Shown in pieces: positions 49,801 to 59,298 of a stretch of 64,000 nucleotides of DNA. Within the stretch, counting starts at the first letter, position 1. Each line of letters opens with the position of its first letter. The position numbers and the translations under genes are program-made. This DNA comes from a bacterium. Its GTDB lineage: Bacteria; SM23-31. Below the pieces are notes generated by a model that saw only the letters and a list, made by a program, of their open reading frames with translations, was not told where the DNA came from and did not search any database. The stretch is from assembly GCA_965249485.1 (NCBI GenBank), contig OZ252239.1, positions 1,280,001 through 1,344,000 of the forward strand. Reading direction: 5' to 3'.

Positions 49801-50064
49801 AGTTATTTTTTAAACAGAAGACAGTTTATATGTATTCCCGGAACTTTTTTGTTTCTCAAAAGCTAAGAGATGGTTAAAAATCCAAAGTGTAAATTTTTAT
49901 CACATTCAAATACAAAAATTTGTACCTTGGCAGATATACACGCAAATTATCTATTTTGTAAATGAACGGGATTTTGGATTGCGACGTATAAATTGGAAGA
50001 AATCAAATCAATAATCTTATGATTTCGACAAATTGTCATAATTTCAATTGCGAATCCTAAAATA

Positions 50065-51489
50065 ATGTCAATTTTATCACGCTATATGCTCAGATCTTTT
50101 CTTAGCCCTTTCTTATACGGAATGGTTGTTATCATATTTGTCTTTACAATCAATTATTTCATCAAACAGATACCGAATCTGTTAAGTAAAGATGTCTCGA
50201 TTTTTGTCATCGCAGAGCTTGTCGCACTAAATCTTGCATGGATAGTGGGGCTAGCAATTCCGATTTCAGTATTGATTGCGACATTGATGATTTTCGGGAA
50301 AATGTCGGCAGACAATGAGATCACCGCTATGAAAGCAAGTGGTTATGGTCTCCATCAGGCAATGATTCCCATGATTGTGTTTACCATCGTACTCGCATAT
50401 GGTAATCACCGGTTCAACAACGATATTTTACCCGAACTCAATCATAAAGCTCGTCAATTACTCTCAGATATTAACATGAAAAAACCGAGCCTGTCATTCA
50501 AAGAGGGGGTATTTTCGAATCAGGATGTCATTAAAGATCAAAGACTGCAGTTTAAAAAGATCGATAACACATCAAACTGGGTATATGGCGTAACAATATT
50601 GGATTATGCGTCACCCGAGATATTTCGGACCATAATTGCTGAAAAAGCGCTCTTGGGATTCAGTGAAGAAGAATCTCAAATGATTCTTGATTTATATACG
50701 GTTGAAATGCATGAAGTCGATAGTAATATGCAATCGGAATACCGGCGTTCCAGAATGGATAAATACCGGATGAGGATCGATGTTGAGTCGGCAGAGCTGG
50801 AAAGATCGGGGAAAGAGATGCGTGGTGATCGTGAGAAGAACATTGCACAGCTCAAACAAGATTTAGAGGAGCGTGAACCGCGGATAGAGCAGTATAAGAG
50901 AAGCATTGTGGCACGGGTTAGCGGTCCGGTATTTAATATCGATATCCCGGATCAGGAAACAAAAGATATTCTGTCCAATCTAACTCTTGAGGACTTTTCG
51001 CTCACTGAACGGGATATGTACGAAATAAATAAACGCCTCGAAAATCCTGTGATTCAGGCAATTAATAGTAAATCGGGATTGGCAAATACCATTCGATCGG
51101 ACATTCTGTTTATCGATTCGGAAATGAAATATAAGAATAAGCTGATGGTGGAGATTCATAAGAAATTTTCACTCCCGGCAGCATGTATCATATTTGTCTT
51201 AATCGGAGCTCCTTTGGGAGTAAAAGCCCGGCACGGTGGACTTGGTGTAGGCGGGGGACTCGGATTGATGTTTTTTTTCATCTATTGGACTCTCATAATA
51301 ACCGGAGAACAGCTTTCGGATAGAGGATTAATGGCACCCTGGTTAGCGATGTGGTGGGCGAATTTTGTCGTAGGAAGTATTGGAATATGGCTTACTATCA
51401 GCATGGCTCGTGAAGCAACTTTTATTGATTTTAGCAAATTTAATCCGCTCAGATTTTTTAAATGGAAAAATAAAGACAAAGCTGCATGA
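50065..51489 (+). CDS. lptF: LPS export ABC permease LptF (long form)
   Basis: LSRY..RSF..PF, G.MSADNEITAMKASG and VEIHKKFSLPAAC..F.LIGAPLG motifs; paired with lptG. Confidence 0.9.
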   Translation: MSILSRYMLRSFLSPFLYGMVVIIFVFTINYFIKQIPNLLSKDVSIFVIAELVALNLAWIVGLAIPISVLIATLMIFGKMSADNEITAMKASGYGLHQAMIPMIVFTIVLAYGNHRFNNDILPELNHKARQLLSDINMKKPSLSFKEGVFSNQDVIKDQRLQFKKIDNTSNWVYGVTILDYASPEIFRTIIAEKALLGFSEEESQMILDLYTVEMHEVDSNMQSEYRRSRMDKYRMRIDVESAELERSGKEMRGDREKNIAQLKQDLEEREPRIEQYKRSIVARVSGPVFNIDIPDQETKDILSNLTLEDFSLTERDMYEINKRLENPVIQAINSKSGLANTIRSDILFIDSEMKYKNKLMVEIHKKFSLPAACIIFVLIGAPLGVKARHGGLGVGGGLGLMFFFIYWTLIITGEQLSDRGLMAPWLAMWWANFVVGSIGIWLTISMAREATFIDFSKFNPLRFFKWKNKDKAA

Positions 51490-51554
51490 GAACACATAAC
51501 GGAATTCTAATGACGGTATATGTGTTATAATAACACAAAGTCAAACTTATAATA

Positions 51555-52631
51555 ATGGCCCGTATACTCGACAAATATATTCTGAAACGGTTTCTCAAAA
51601 CGTTAATTCTGACAATTTGTGCGTTCTATATTATTGTCTTGATAGTTGATTTTGTCGAAAAAATCGACACGTTTATCGATAGAAGTGCAGCATATACCGA
51701 TGTTGCGCTCTATTTTTATTATGCTTTACCGAATTTCTTCATAATCATTATGCCGATTTCGCTTCTCATGGCATCGCTCTTTACTATGGGACAGTTAGTG
51801 AAATTTGGAGAATTGACCGCACTGAAAGCCGCTGGAGTGAGTTTGTACCGCATTGTCGCGCCTGTCATACTGCTCGGTTTCGTAATATCATTTTTTTCAT
51901 ACTGGTTCGGTGAAAATATTGTGACTTTCTATGAGCGTGAGAAATCAAATATATACAATGTCAACATTAAGAAAAATAATGCTGTGTTCATGCGAAAAGA
52001 GAATGTTATCATGCAGGACACCAATGACCGCGTTATATCGATTGCTCATTACGATGGCCCAAGGCATAAAGGTCGTGTGGTGAATATTCAAAAACGGATC
52101 GGAAACCGGATAGTATTGACGCTTAGTGCTCAGGAAATTATTCCGGCAGAAGGAGAGTGGCTATTACTCGATGGTGTGATTCGGGATTTTTCGACCGGTG
52201 AGGAAATTGTAGAGGAGTTTGAAGAGTACCGGATTACCGATTTCACTTTCACAGAAGAAGATATCGTTTCAGTCAGTATTGAGCCCGAAGAGATGAATGC
52301 AATTGAATTAACACAATACATTGAAAAGCTCAAACGGATTGGGAGTCCCTACGACCATTGGTATGTTGATTATTACAAAAAATTCGCATTTCCATTTGCA
52401 AATCTGATTGTTGTCCTACTCGGATTGCCTCTTGCTACACAGCGATGGAGAGGAGGAGCAGCAGTCGGTTTCGGAATTTGCATCATAATCTGTTTTTTCT
52501 ACTATTCAATTATGACATTCACCCATGCTCTTGGCTATAAAGGGATCTTGTCACCGATTATGGCTGCCTGGATCAGTAATATTGTTTTCGGATCGATGGG
52601 AGTCTTTGTTCTTATAAAAGCTCAAAAATAG
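51555..52631 (+). CDS. lptG: LPS export ABC permease LptG
   Basis: ILDKYI...F, GELTALKAAGVS..R, P.EM...EL..YI, K.AFPF and AAW.SN..F motifs. Confidence 0.9.
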   Translation: MARILDKYILKRFLKTLILTICAFYIIVLIVDFVEKIDTFIDRSAAYTDVALYFYYALPNFFIIIMPISLLMASLFTMGQLVKFGELTALKAAGVSLYRIVAPVILLGFVISFFSYWFGENIVTFYEREKSNIYNVNIKKNNAVFMRKENVIMQDTNDRVISIAHYDGPRHKGRVVNIQKRIGNRIVLTLSAQEIIPAEGEWLLLDGVIRDFSTGEEIVEEFEEYRITDFTFTEEDIVSVSIEPEEMNAIELTQYIEKLKRIGSPYDHWYVDYYKKFAFPFANLIVVLLGLPLATQRWRGGAAVGFGICIIICFFYYSIMTFTHALGYKGILSPIMAAWISNIVFGSMGVFVLIKAQK

Positions 52632-52633
52632 TA

Positions 52634-53029
52634 ATGCAATCATTTCAAAAATTTAATAAAGGCCTCCTGAAACTACCTTTCGGCGTACAACTATGGCTAT
52701 TTGTGCTCATGTGTGCAAATATGGTAGCACCGCTTTTCTTTTTTGACAAGATTGAAGCACAGGTTTCGGTTGCAGTTTTTATCGCAAGTGCCATGCTGAT
52801 GGTTTATCTGACCGCACGTTCCGGTTTTTCACGGCTTCTTGGATTTGGTCACGTACTGTGGCTTCCCTTGATAATCTTCTATTGGACGCGATTCGATACT
52901 GCTCCTATTAATTCTCTATTTGGCATGTGGATGAGAGCCGTCGTTCTCCTTAATGCTCTTTCACTCATTCTCGATGCAATTGATGTTGTGCGGTTTATCA
53001 GAGGTGACAGGCAGGAAACTGTTGAATGA
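52634..53029 (+). CDS. Small 4-TM membrane protein of unknown function
   Basis: Hydrophobic helices; GFSRLLGFGHVLW.P and D..DV.RF..G.R segments; starts 2 nt after lptG. Confidence 0.75.
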   Translation: MQSFQKFNKGLLKLPFGVQLWLFVLMCANMVAPLFFFDKIEAQVSVAVFIASAMLMVYLTARSGFSRLLGFGHVLWLPLIIFYWTRFDTAPINSLFGMWMRAVVLLNALSLILDAIDVVRFIRGDRQETVE

Positions 53030-53264
53030 AAGCTCAATCGATCTGTATCTATTGTTTTAAGTAAGCTCATCCCCAGATGGATTAAACATGATTTCACCTG
53101 AGGATTATCTGTGTGGAGAGAGGTTGATGAGCGAATAAGAGCACGACAGACGCACCCAAATAAAGCATTACAATGCGAAATCTAATATAACCAAATAGAT
53201 ATTCAATGAAATTTATTGATTTCTATGTATGTCAATCACACTTTTTATAAAATGAGTGATCATT

Positions 53265-53879
53265 CTATTTGTGAGTATTTGTTTTGTTGTTTTTCGTATT
53301 ATGAGGTTCCTGAAGGAATAAAAACTGATGTGCAATCCGAATAAACATTGGTGTGAGGAACGCAAAAAAGAATATATTGAAAGCAATATGCCAGATTCCG
53401 AATACCATACCACCTACAAGGAATATACCGATCTGACTCATGGTAAATCCGGCATAACCCGTGGTAAAAAATGATACGAACAGATGGTAGAGCACGGTCA
53501 ATAACCCACCACTCAGTCCATACAAGAAAATCCGAGTGTTGTTTTTTCTAAAACTGATTATACGAGGTACTATAATACCTCCTGCGAGTCCCGTAATTCC
53601 GAAACAGAATGACTGAGCCAAAATCAGCGGAGGAAATGCTAATCCCGATCCCCAAGGATTAAGGGCTGAAAATAGAAATCCGCTTGCAGTGCCGATCACT
53701 CCTCCAAATGCTGGTCCGAATATGTAGCCTCCCGTAAAAATTGTGGTCATGATGAGTTCAATATTCGGAACAGGTACAAACATGAAGCCTACCACAGTAC
53801 AGAATGCTATATATAGTCCCCCGTAAGCTATGCGCATATTTGATCTATGTGTTTTCATAAGAAAAATACGTTTAGACAA
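53265..53879 (-). CDS. ECF transporter S-component (substrate unknown; CbrT-like)
   Basis: About 6 TM helices; VPNIE...T.IF..G..FGP..G...G motif. Confidence 0.75.
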   Translation of the reverse strand: MSKRIFLMKTHRSNMRIAYGGLYIAFCTVVGFMFVPVPNIELIMTTIFTGGYIFGPAFGGVIGTASGFLFSALNPWGSGLAFPPLILAQSFCFGITGLAGGIIVPRIISFRKNNTRIFLYGLSGGLLTVLYHLFVSFFTTGYAGFTMSQIGIFLVGGMVFGIWHIAFNIFFFAFLTPMFIRIAHQFLFLQEPHNTKNNKTNTHK

Positions 53880-54063
53880 CTAATGTAAATATAATAGCTG
53901 TCACGCCCAAAGAAAATATTTCTTGGATTTTGTTCATTTACTTTGTAGAATCATAACAAATGTAAATGTTGAAATCACTGGATCAAGTAGAAAGTGATGT
54001 CTTTCGAATCTGGAGACTCAGCTGCAATCAGGAACATTATCATCATAATATTAGGTATCGGCT

Positions 54064-54627
54064 ATGGGAGAAGCAATTCAGATCACAAGAGATGATGTAC
54101 TATTTGTAATCGTTGATATACAGGAGAAGCTGGCACGGCAGATGCCAGATCAGGAAAATGTTATTAAAAATACAGAAAAACTTCTTAAAGCAGCCCAAAG
54201 ACTTCAGATACCGTTCATTTTTACTGAGCAATATCCAGATGGACTTGGTAAAACAATACCCGAATTGGAACAATTTCAAAGCAATGTGGGACCGATCGAC
54301 AAAATGACGTTTTGCTGTTGTGGAGAAGAACGATTTCTGAATGCCCTTTCAATTGAAAATAAAAACAATATTCTCATAATCGGGATGGAAGCACATATCT
54401 GTGTAATGCAAACCGGACTTGATCTCATGAACAGAGGTTACATGGTGGGTGTCGTCCAGGATGCGGTGTGCTCCTTCAAACATAATCACAAGGAAATTGC
54501 CTTGAACCGTTTGCACGATTCAGGTGCACTGATCGTAACAACCGAAATGATACTCTACGAATTGCTCGTAAAAGCCGGAACAGATGATTTTAAGGATTTG
54601 TTGCCGATACTCAAAGATAGGTCTTAG
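54064..54627 (+). CDS. Isochorismatase-family hydrolase (YcaC-related)
   Basis: VDIQEKL, TEQYP.GLG.T, K.TF.C, GMEAHICV.QT and TTEM..YELL motifs. Confidence 0.92.
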   Translation: MGEAIQITRDDVLFVIVDIQEKLARQMPDQENVIKNTEKLLKAAQRLQIPFIFTEQYPDGLGKTIPELEQFQSNVGPIDKMTFCCCGEERFLNALSIENKNNILIIGMEAHICVMQTGLDLMNRGYMVGVVQDAVCSFKHNHKEIALNRLHDSGALIVTTEMILYELLVKAGTDDFKDLLPILKDRS

Positions 54628-54809
54628 ATTATAAGAGTCGGTAAGGAAAGAAAATTAGTAAGAATTAGATATAGGTGTATATTGAACGCGATCATTTGAA
54701 TAGGTACCTCCAAACAAATGTAGCCTATGGTAAGCGAAAGAGTATCACTCATTCTGATTAAAAAGTAAGATTTTTCTTGACAATCGTGAATTTTTTTATT
54801 TCTTTATGT

Positions 54810-54939
54810 ATGTAAATCTGTAAAACCCTATTTACCACGGATAACGGCGCTAATTAGAAACTCGCCCTTCTAAGAAGAGCCGTGTTTAAAGTCCATCCGA
54901 CCGAAAGCTTCCGGAACCCCCCTCCGGAAGCTTTTTTTT
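54810..54939 (+). ncRNA. Candidate stand-alone small RNA (unclassified)
   Basis: TTGACA at 54777-54782; nested stems CGGAT/ATCCG, ACGGC/GCCGT and TTAGAA/TTCTAA; strong terminator. The downstream gene has its own TTGCTA-N17-TACACT promoter. Confidence 0.4.
54904..54939 (+). terminator. Rho-independent terminator with a C-rich loop
   Basis: AAAGCTTCCGGA-ACCCCCC-TCCGGAAGC followed by T8. Confidence 0.88.
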
Positions 54940-54977
54940 GTTTGGGCTATATTACCTCTTCCGAGAGGCAAAATATG

Positions 54978-55006
54978 TTGCTATTATTATTGTAAATTTG
55001 TACACT
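54978..55006 (+). promoter_or_regulatory. Putative sigma70 promoter for the DegT-thrC genes
   Basis: TTGCTA-N17-TACACT, 44 nt before ATG 55051. Confidence 0.5.
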
Positions 55007-55050
55007 TATGCACACTAATTTAATGAGATTAAACAGCAAATGGCAAGATT

Positions 55051-56280
55051 ATGGAACTAGCGATCAAAGGCGGAGCACCCGTTAGAACGAAGCCCTTCAG
55101 CTCATGGCCCGTCTGGGACAATCACGAAATAGAAGCTGTCAAAAAAGCTGTTGACAGCGGTAAATGGGGATATCCGCAATGGGAATACGTTCCTCAATTT
55201 GCAAAAAATTTCGCAGTGTACAATGATGCCGAATTCGGAATATGCTTTAATAGCGGGACATCGGCAATAGTTGGTGCTCTCTGGGCCGCAGGCGTATGTC
55301 CAGGGGATGAAGTCATACTTCCGGCGTACACATTTATTGCAACTGCTTCTGCAGTGATCCAAATTGGTGCTATTCCTGTGTTTGCAGACATTGAGTCAAA
55401 TTCCTTTCATCTTTGTGCCCAGTCCGTAGAAGAACATATCACTTCAAATACTAAAGCTGTTCTGCCGGTACATATTGGCGGAAGAATGGCCGATATGCCG
55501 AAACTGCAAGAAGTGTGTGACCATCACGATTTAGCGCTGATTTCCGATGCAGCGCAGGCCTGGGGTTCGGGGTGGCAGGAGAAACGTTCTGCGGCATATG
55601 GAGATGCATCTGCATACAGTTTTCAGTCCTCAAAAAACATTACTGCCGGAGAAGGCGGTATTGTGCTGACGAATGATGAAAAATTCGCCGAATTTTGCGA
55701 AACCTACTGCAATTGTGGCAGACTGACCGGCAAACCGGCTTACGAGCACTTTTATATCGGTCAGAATCTCAGGTTAAGCGAAATGCAAGGAGCGCTACTG
55801 TCTGCTCAGTTTGAACGCTATCCCGTAATGCTGCGCGAAAGGCACGAAAATGCCAAATATATTGACAACGAACTGAGGAAATTTAATGGGATTACACCGT
55901 TAACCATCGATGCAGATTCTTCGTCCAATGCCTACCATTTCTTCTTAATGAGATATAACAAAGAACATTTTGAGGATGTACTGAAATCGAGTATTATTGA
56001 TGCACTGCAGGCTGAAGGAATTCCTGCACATCCGGGTTATACAATTCCTCTTTATAAACAGCCGGTTTTTGAGTCAGGAGAGTTGGGACCGCGAGGAGCA
56101 CAGCTCAGCACATTCCCTGATTATACGAACATTAGTCTACCGGAAACGGAAAAAGCTTGTAATGATGAGGCAATCTGGTTGAAGCACAACCTTTTACTTG
56201 GGTCAAGAGACGATATGCAGGATATTGTTAATGCATTTGAAAAAGTTCTGAAAAATTTCAAGGAATTAAAGAAGGATTAA
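55051..56280 (+). CDS. DegT/DnrJ/EryC1/StrS family PLP aminotransferase (long N-terminal type)
   Basis: LAIKGG.PVR....W, SGT.A, GDEVI.PAYTFIATA, DAAQAWG, SFQSSKN.TAGEGG (PLP Lys) and G.N.R.SE.Q motifs. Confidence 0.93.
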   Translation: MELAIKGGAPVRTKPFSSWPVWDNHEIEAVKKAVDSGKWGYPQWEYVPQFAKNFAVYNDAEFGICFNSGTSAIVGALWAAGVCPGDEVILPAYTFIATASAVIQIGAIPVFADIESNSFHLCAQSVEEHITSNTKAVLPVHIGGRMADMPKLQEVCDHHDLALISDAAQAWGSGWQEKRSAAYGDASAYSFQSSKNITAGEGGIVLTNDEKFAEFCETYCNCGRLTGKPAYEHFYIGQNLRLSEMQGALLSAQFERYPVMLRERHENAKYIDNELRKFNGITPLTIDADSSSNAYHFFLMRYNKEHFEDVLKSSIIDALQAEGIPAHPGYTIPLYKQPVFESGELGPRGAQLSTFPDYTNISLPETEKACNDEAIWLKHNLLLGSRDDMQDIVNAFEKVLKNFKELKKD

Positions 56281-56303
56281 GTGTTGTCCGTTAAGGTGAA
56301 ATT

Positions 56304-57593
56304 ATGAAATATTCTTTCGATTGCGTAGATTGTAAAAGAAAATTTTCTATGGATGAGGCAAGCTACCTGTGTCAATGCGGGGGACTTCTCGACTTTAATG
56401 TAAACCTTGATGAATTGCCTGAAACAGTGTCTTTGGAGGAATTTGACCGGCGCGCTTATAACGTATTGCCCGGAAAAAGCAGCGGTGTATGGAGATATAA
56501 AGAACTTGTTCTGCCCGATATTTCGGACGATCACATTATCTCAACTTTAGAAGGAAACACTAAATTATACGATGTGCCGAAAATGGCCTCGGAATTCGGT
56601 GTCGATTCGCTACAGATTAAACATGAAGGCGATAATCCGTCCGGCTCGTTTAAAGACCGGGGTATGACCGTTGCCGTCTCACATGCAAATGAGAAAAGCG
56701 AAAAGGTCCTCGCTTGTGCATCGACTGGCAATACGAGCGCATCGATGGCAGCATATGCTGCCATGGCAGGATTAAAAGCGATTGTCTTGATTCCTGAAGC
56801 AAAGATAACAGTTAGTAAACTTGCACAGGCACTGGCCTATGGTGCGGTCACTGTTGAACTTGAAGGTGATTTTGATGACTGCATGGAACTGATTCTTGAA
56901 GGTGCCCGGCAGGAAATTCTTTATCCCATGAATTCTGTCAACTCATTCAGACCTGCAGGCCAAAAGACAATAATATGGGAAATTTTCCAACAGCGGTCTT
57001 GGTCTCCACCTGACTGGATTGTTTTTCCAGCAGGCAATCTGGGCAATCTCTCCTCTTTTGGTCTTGCTATTGAGGATTTTTATAAGCTCGGATTTATCAA
57101 AAAAAAACCGAGGCTTGCCGGTGTGCAGGCCGAAGGTGCAAATCCCTTCTATCTGTCGTATCAGGATGATTTTAAAGAAAAACGGACGGTACAGGCGGAT
57201 ACTATTGCAACGGCAATCCGGATCGGCAATCCCGTTAATTACACAAGAGCTGTCCTTTCTCTTAAGTTGACAAACGGTGTAATGACGCAAGTTTCGGATC
57301 AGGAAATTATGGACTCCAAAGCTCTTATTGAAAGAACAGGTATCGGTGCTGAACCGTCATCGTGCGCCTCGCTGGCTGGTCTGAAAAGACTCCGTGAGGA
57401 AAATGTGATTAGCTCCGATGAATCGGTTGTTCTGATATTTACCGGACATATCCTGAAAGATCCCGAAGCAATAATTTCTTATCATTCGAATTCCATGAAG
57501 GGAATCACTTCGACCTATGCTAATAAGCCGTTAAAAGCGAAACCGACTATGGATGGTTTGAAAGACCTTATAGCACAAATCACTTCTAATTGA
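56304..57593 (+). CDS. thrC: Threonine synthase
   Basis: N-terminal zinc ribbon (C..C...C.CGG); SGVWRY, KHEG.NPSGSFKDRG, CASTGNTSAS.AAYAA, P.GNLGN and TGH.LKD motifs. Confidence 0.93.
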   Translation: MKYSFDCVDCKRKFSMDEASYLCQCGGLLDFNVNLDELPETVSLEEFDRRAYNVLPGKSSGVWRYKELVLPDISDDHIISTLEGNTKLYDVPKMASEFGVDSLQIKHEGDNPSGSFKDRGMTVAVSHANEKSEKVLACASTGNTSASMAAYAAMAGLKAIVLIPEAKITVSKLAQALAYGAVTVELEGDFDDCMELILEGARQEILYPMNSVNSFRPAGQKTIIWEIFQQRSWSPPDWIVFPAGNLGNLSSFGLAIEDFYKLGFIKKKPRLAGVQAEGANPFYLSYQDDFKEKRTVQADTIATAIRIGNPVNYTRAVLSLKLTNGVMTQVSDQEIMDSKALIERTGIGAEPSSCASLAGLKRLREENVISSDESVVLIFTGHILKDPEAIISYHSNSMKGITSTYANKPLKAKPTMDGLKDLIAQITSN

Positions 57594-57678
57594 GTGCTGA
57601 CCGTTCTCTTGAGAGAATCACATTAAACTGTGTATTTATGGTTGTGTCTGTAAGGAAAGTATATGACAATACAATTTT

Positions 57679-59274
57679 ATGACTACCATGGACACATCAG
57701 CGCATTCTGACGAAAATTTCAAAGAAGAAACCGCACAGCAGTTTCGGGAAATGCTGCTCAACGGCGAAATTGAAAGTGCCCTCACCTTTCGTGTAGAAGA
57801 AAACATCCCCGATCAAGTTGTTCATAACCATTCGCGCGATGCATATGAAGTGCATAAAGAGACAGAGGAGTATCAAGTTGCACTTCAGATAGCGGAAAAA
57901 TTCGAATTTTCTGAAGGGGAAATACTGGTCCTTAAAGCGGCTGAATGGGCAAAAACTCAAAATCTCTCAGAAGTCGAAATTCACCGGTCTGCAACATCTG
58001 CCTATGAGATGTTTTTGCAAAAAGGACAAACCGATGAAGCACTCGATATTTTTGAAAAATATAATCTCCGAACGGATGAATTACTCGGTACAACTATAGC
58101 GGAATTTAACCGGACACTCACTCAAGGAGATTTTTATAGTGCAGCAATTCTCGGGAAAGCATTTAATCTCTCGGCTTCAAGAACACTCTCTGCAGCAATC
58201 AAGGCATGCATCGAATCTCTCAAAAATCATGAACCTGATAAAGCATTAAAGCTGATTGACGAATTTAAACTGCTCACTGATGCTGTATTCGAAGAATTAA
58301 CCGAGAAAGAATCGGAAGATCTGATTGTTGGGATTGCGGGTGATTTTATCAAACCCTCATTTGAACAAGGGAAATTGCAGCTTATGCGCGAATTCGCCGC
58401 ACGAATTATTCTGAAAGATCAACCTTTTAGTAACGGCTATTTAAAGGACTTTCTACAACGGTTTTACAAATTGGCTGCAGAAAATCATAATACTTCACTC
58501 GAGAATAATGATGTAAAATCTGCGCGGTTTATCAGAGATTCATTTGATCTCTATGCTGCTCCCATCCCCTATGAGTTGTTTGCGAAGCTTGTGGATTCTG
58601 CTGAAGAATATCACAAATCACTCTTAAGCAGTGGTGATTTAAATATAGCTATATCATTCAAAAAAGATTACGGTCTTTTCTCTCAGTACACGATCGAACA
58701 CAGTAAGCAGACTGAAGCAGAGCATGGTGCACTGTTTGTAGTTAAAGCGCTCGAAAAAAAGCAGATACAACCTGCAATGAGTGCTATACAAGAGTACAAA
58801 GTTCCAAAGGCACTGGTCAATGATGCGGTCTTAACGTCAATCTTGAATCTGGTTGACAGCAATTCTTTCGATGAAGCGTTTGCTGTACTTGAGGAGATTT
58901 CAGTCGATTTATCAGAAGAAGGCGACAAAGCACGGGTTGTGTCAGCGTTTAAGTCGCTGATGAAAAAGGGAAATTATTTAAATGCAGTAGAGTTTGCCAA
59001 CCGGTTTAAGCTCCAAAAATCGTATGTGTTTGATGCTGCATCAAAAGCTTGGCAGGATGACTTTGCTGCAGAGCGGTATGATAAAGCTTTCGATATCAAA
59101 AATAAATATAAACTTGATAAAAATGTTACGCTTGCACTTGCCCTAAAAGCGTACGAGCAGTTTATTGCAGATAAAGACTACAATATGGCAGCGTCAATTC
59201 GGCGGTCGTACGGAATACATATCGGACTGGTCGATTGGGTTATTGAATTTTTTCGGTTAGTATTTGCTAAGTAG
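57679..59274 (+). CDS. Alpha-helical repeat (solenoid) protein of unknown function
   Basis: Recurring ~34-aa units of the form A...[YF]...L..G....A..[IL]...[YF].L; amphipathic C-terminal helix. Confidence 0.8.
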   Translation: MTTMDTSAHSDENFKEETAQQFREMLLNGEIESALTFRVEENIPDQVVHNHSRDAYEVHKETEEYQVALQIAEKFEFSEGEILVLKAAEWAKTQNLSEVEIHRSATSAYEMFLQKGQTDEALDIFEKYNLRTDELLGTTIAEFNRTLTQGDFYSAAILGKAFNLSASRTLSAAIKACIESLKNHEPDKALKLIDEFKLLTDAVFEELTEKESEDLIVGIAGDFIKPSFEQGKLQLMREFAARIILKDQPFSNGYLKDFLQRFYKLAAENHNTSLENNDVKSARFIRDSFDLYAAPIPYELFAKLVDSAEEYHKSLLSSGDLNIAISFKKDYGLFSQYTIEHSKQTEAEHGALFVVKALEKKQIQPAMSAIQEYKVPKALVNDAVLTSILNLVDSNSFDEAFAVLEEISVDLSEEGDKARVVSAFKSLMKKGNYLNAVEFANRFKLQKSYVFDAASKAWQDDFAAERYDKAFDIKNKYKLDKNVTLALALKAYEQFIADKDYNMAASIRRSYGIHIGLVDWVIEFFRLVFAK

Positions 59275-59298
59275 GGACAATGCACATTCAGATTGAAT

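Noticed and set aside
49830..49866. GGAACTT sigma-E-like -35 upstream of lptF
   Set aside because: No matching -10 at the expected spacing, and it does not fit the GAATATAAT motif.
53065..53132. Imperfect hairpin GCTCATC...GATGAGC with GGAGAG, considered as a glycine riboswitch
   Set aside because: Lacks the other conserved elements and lies between convergent gene ends.
53880..54063. Cobalamin/TPP riboswitch upstream of the S-component gene
   Set aside because: Short AT-rich gap with no B12-box or TPP core sequence.
54810..54939. T-box or Thr leader-peptide attenuator for thrC
   Set aside because: No T-box consensus and no Thr-rich leader peptide (only MYVNL); a separate promoter follows.
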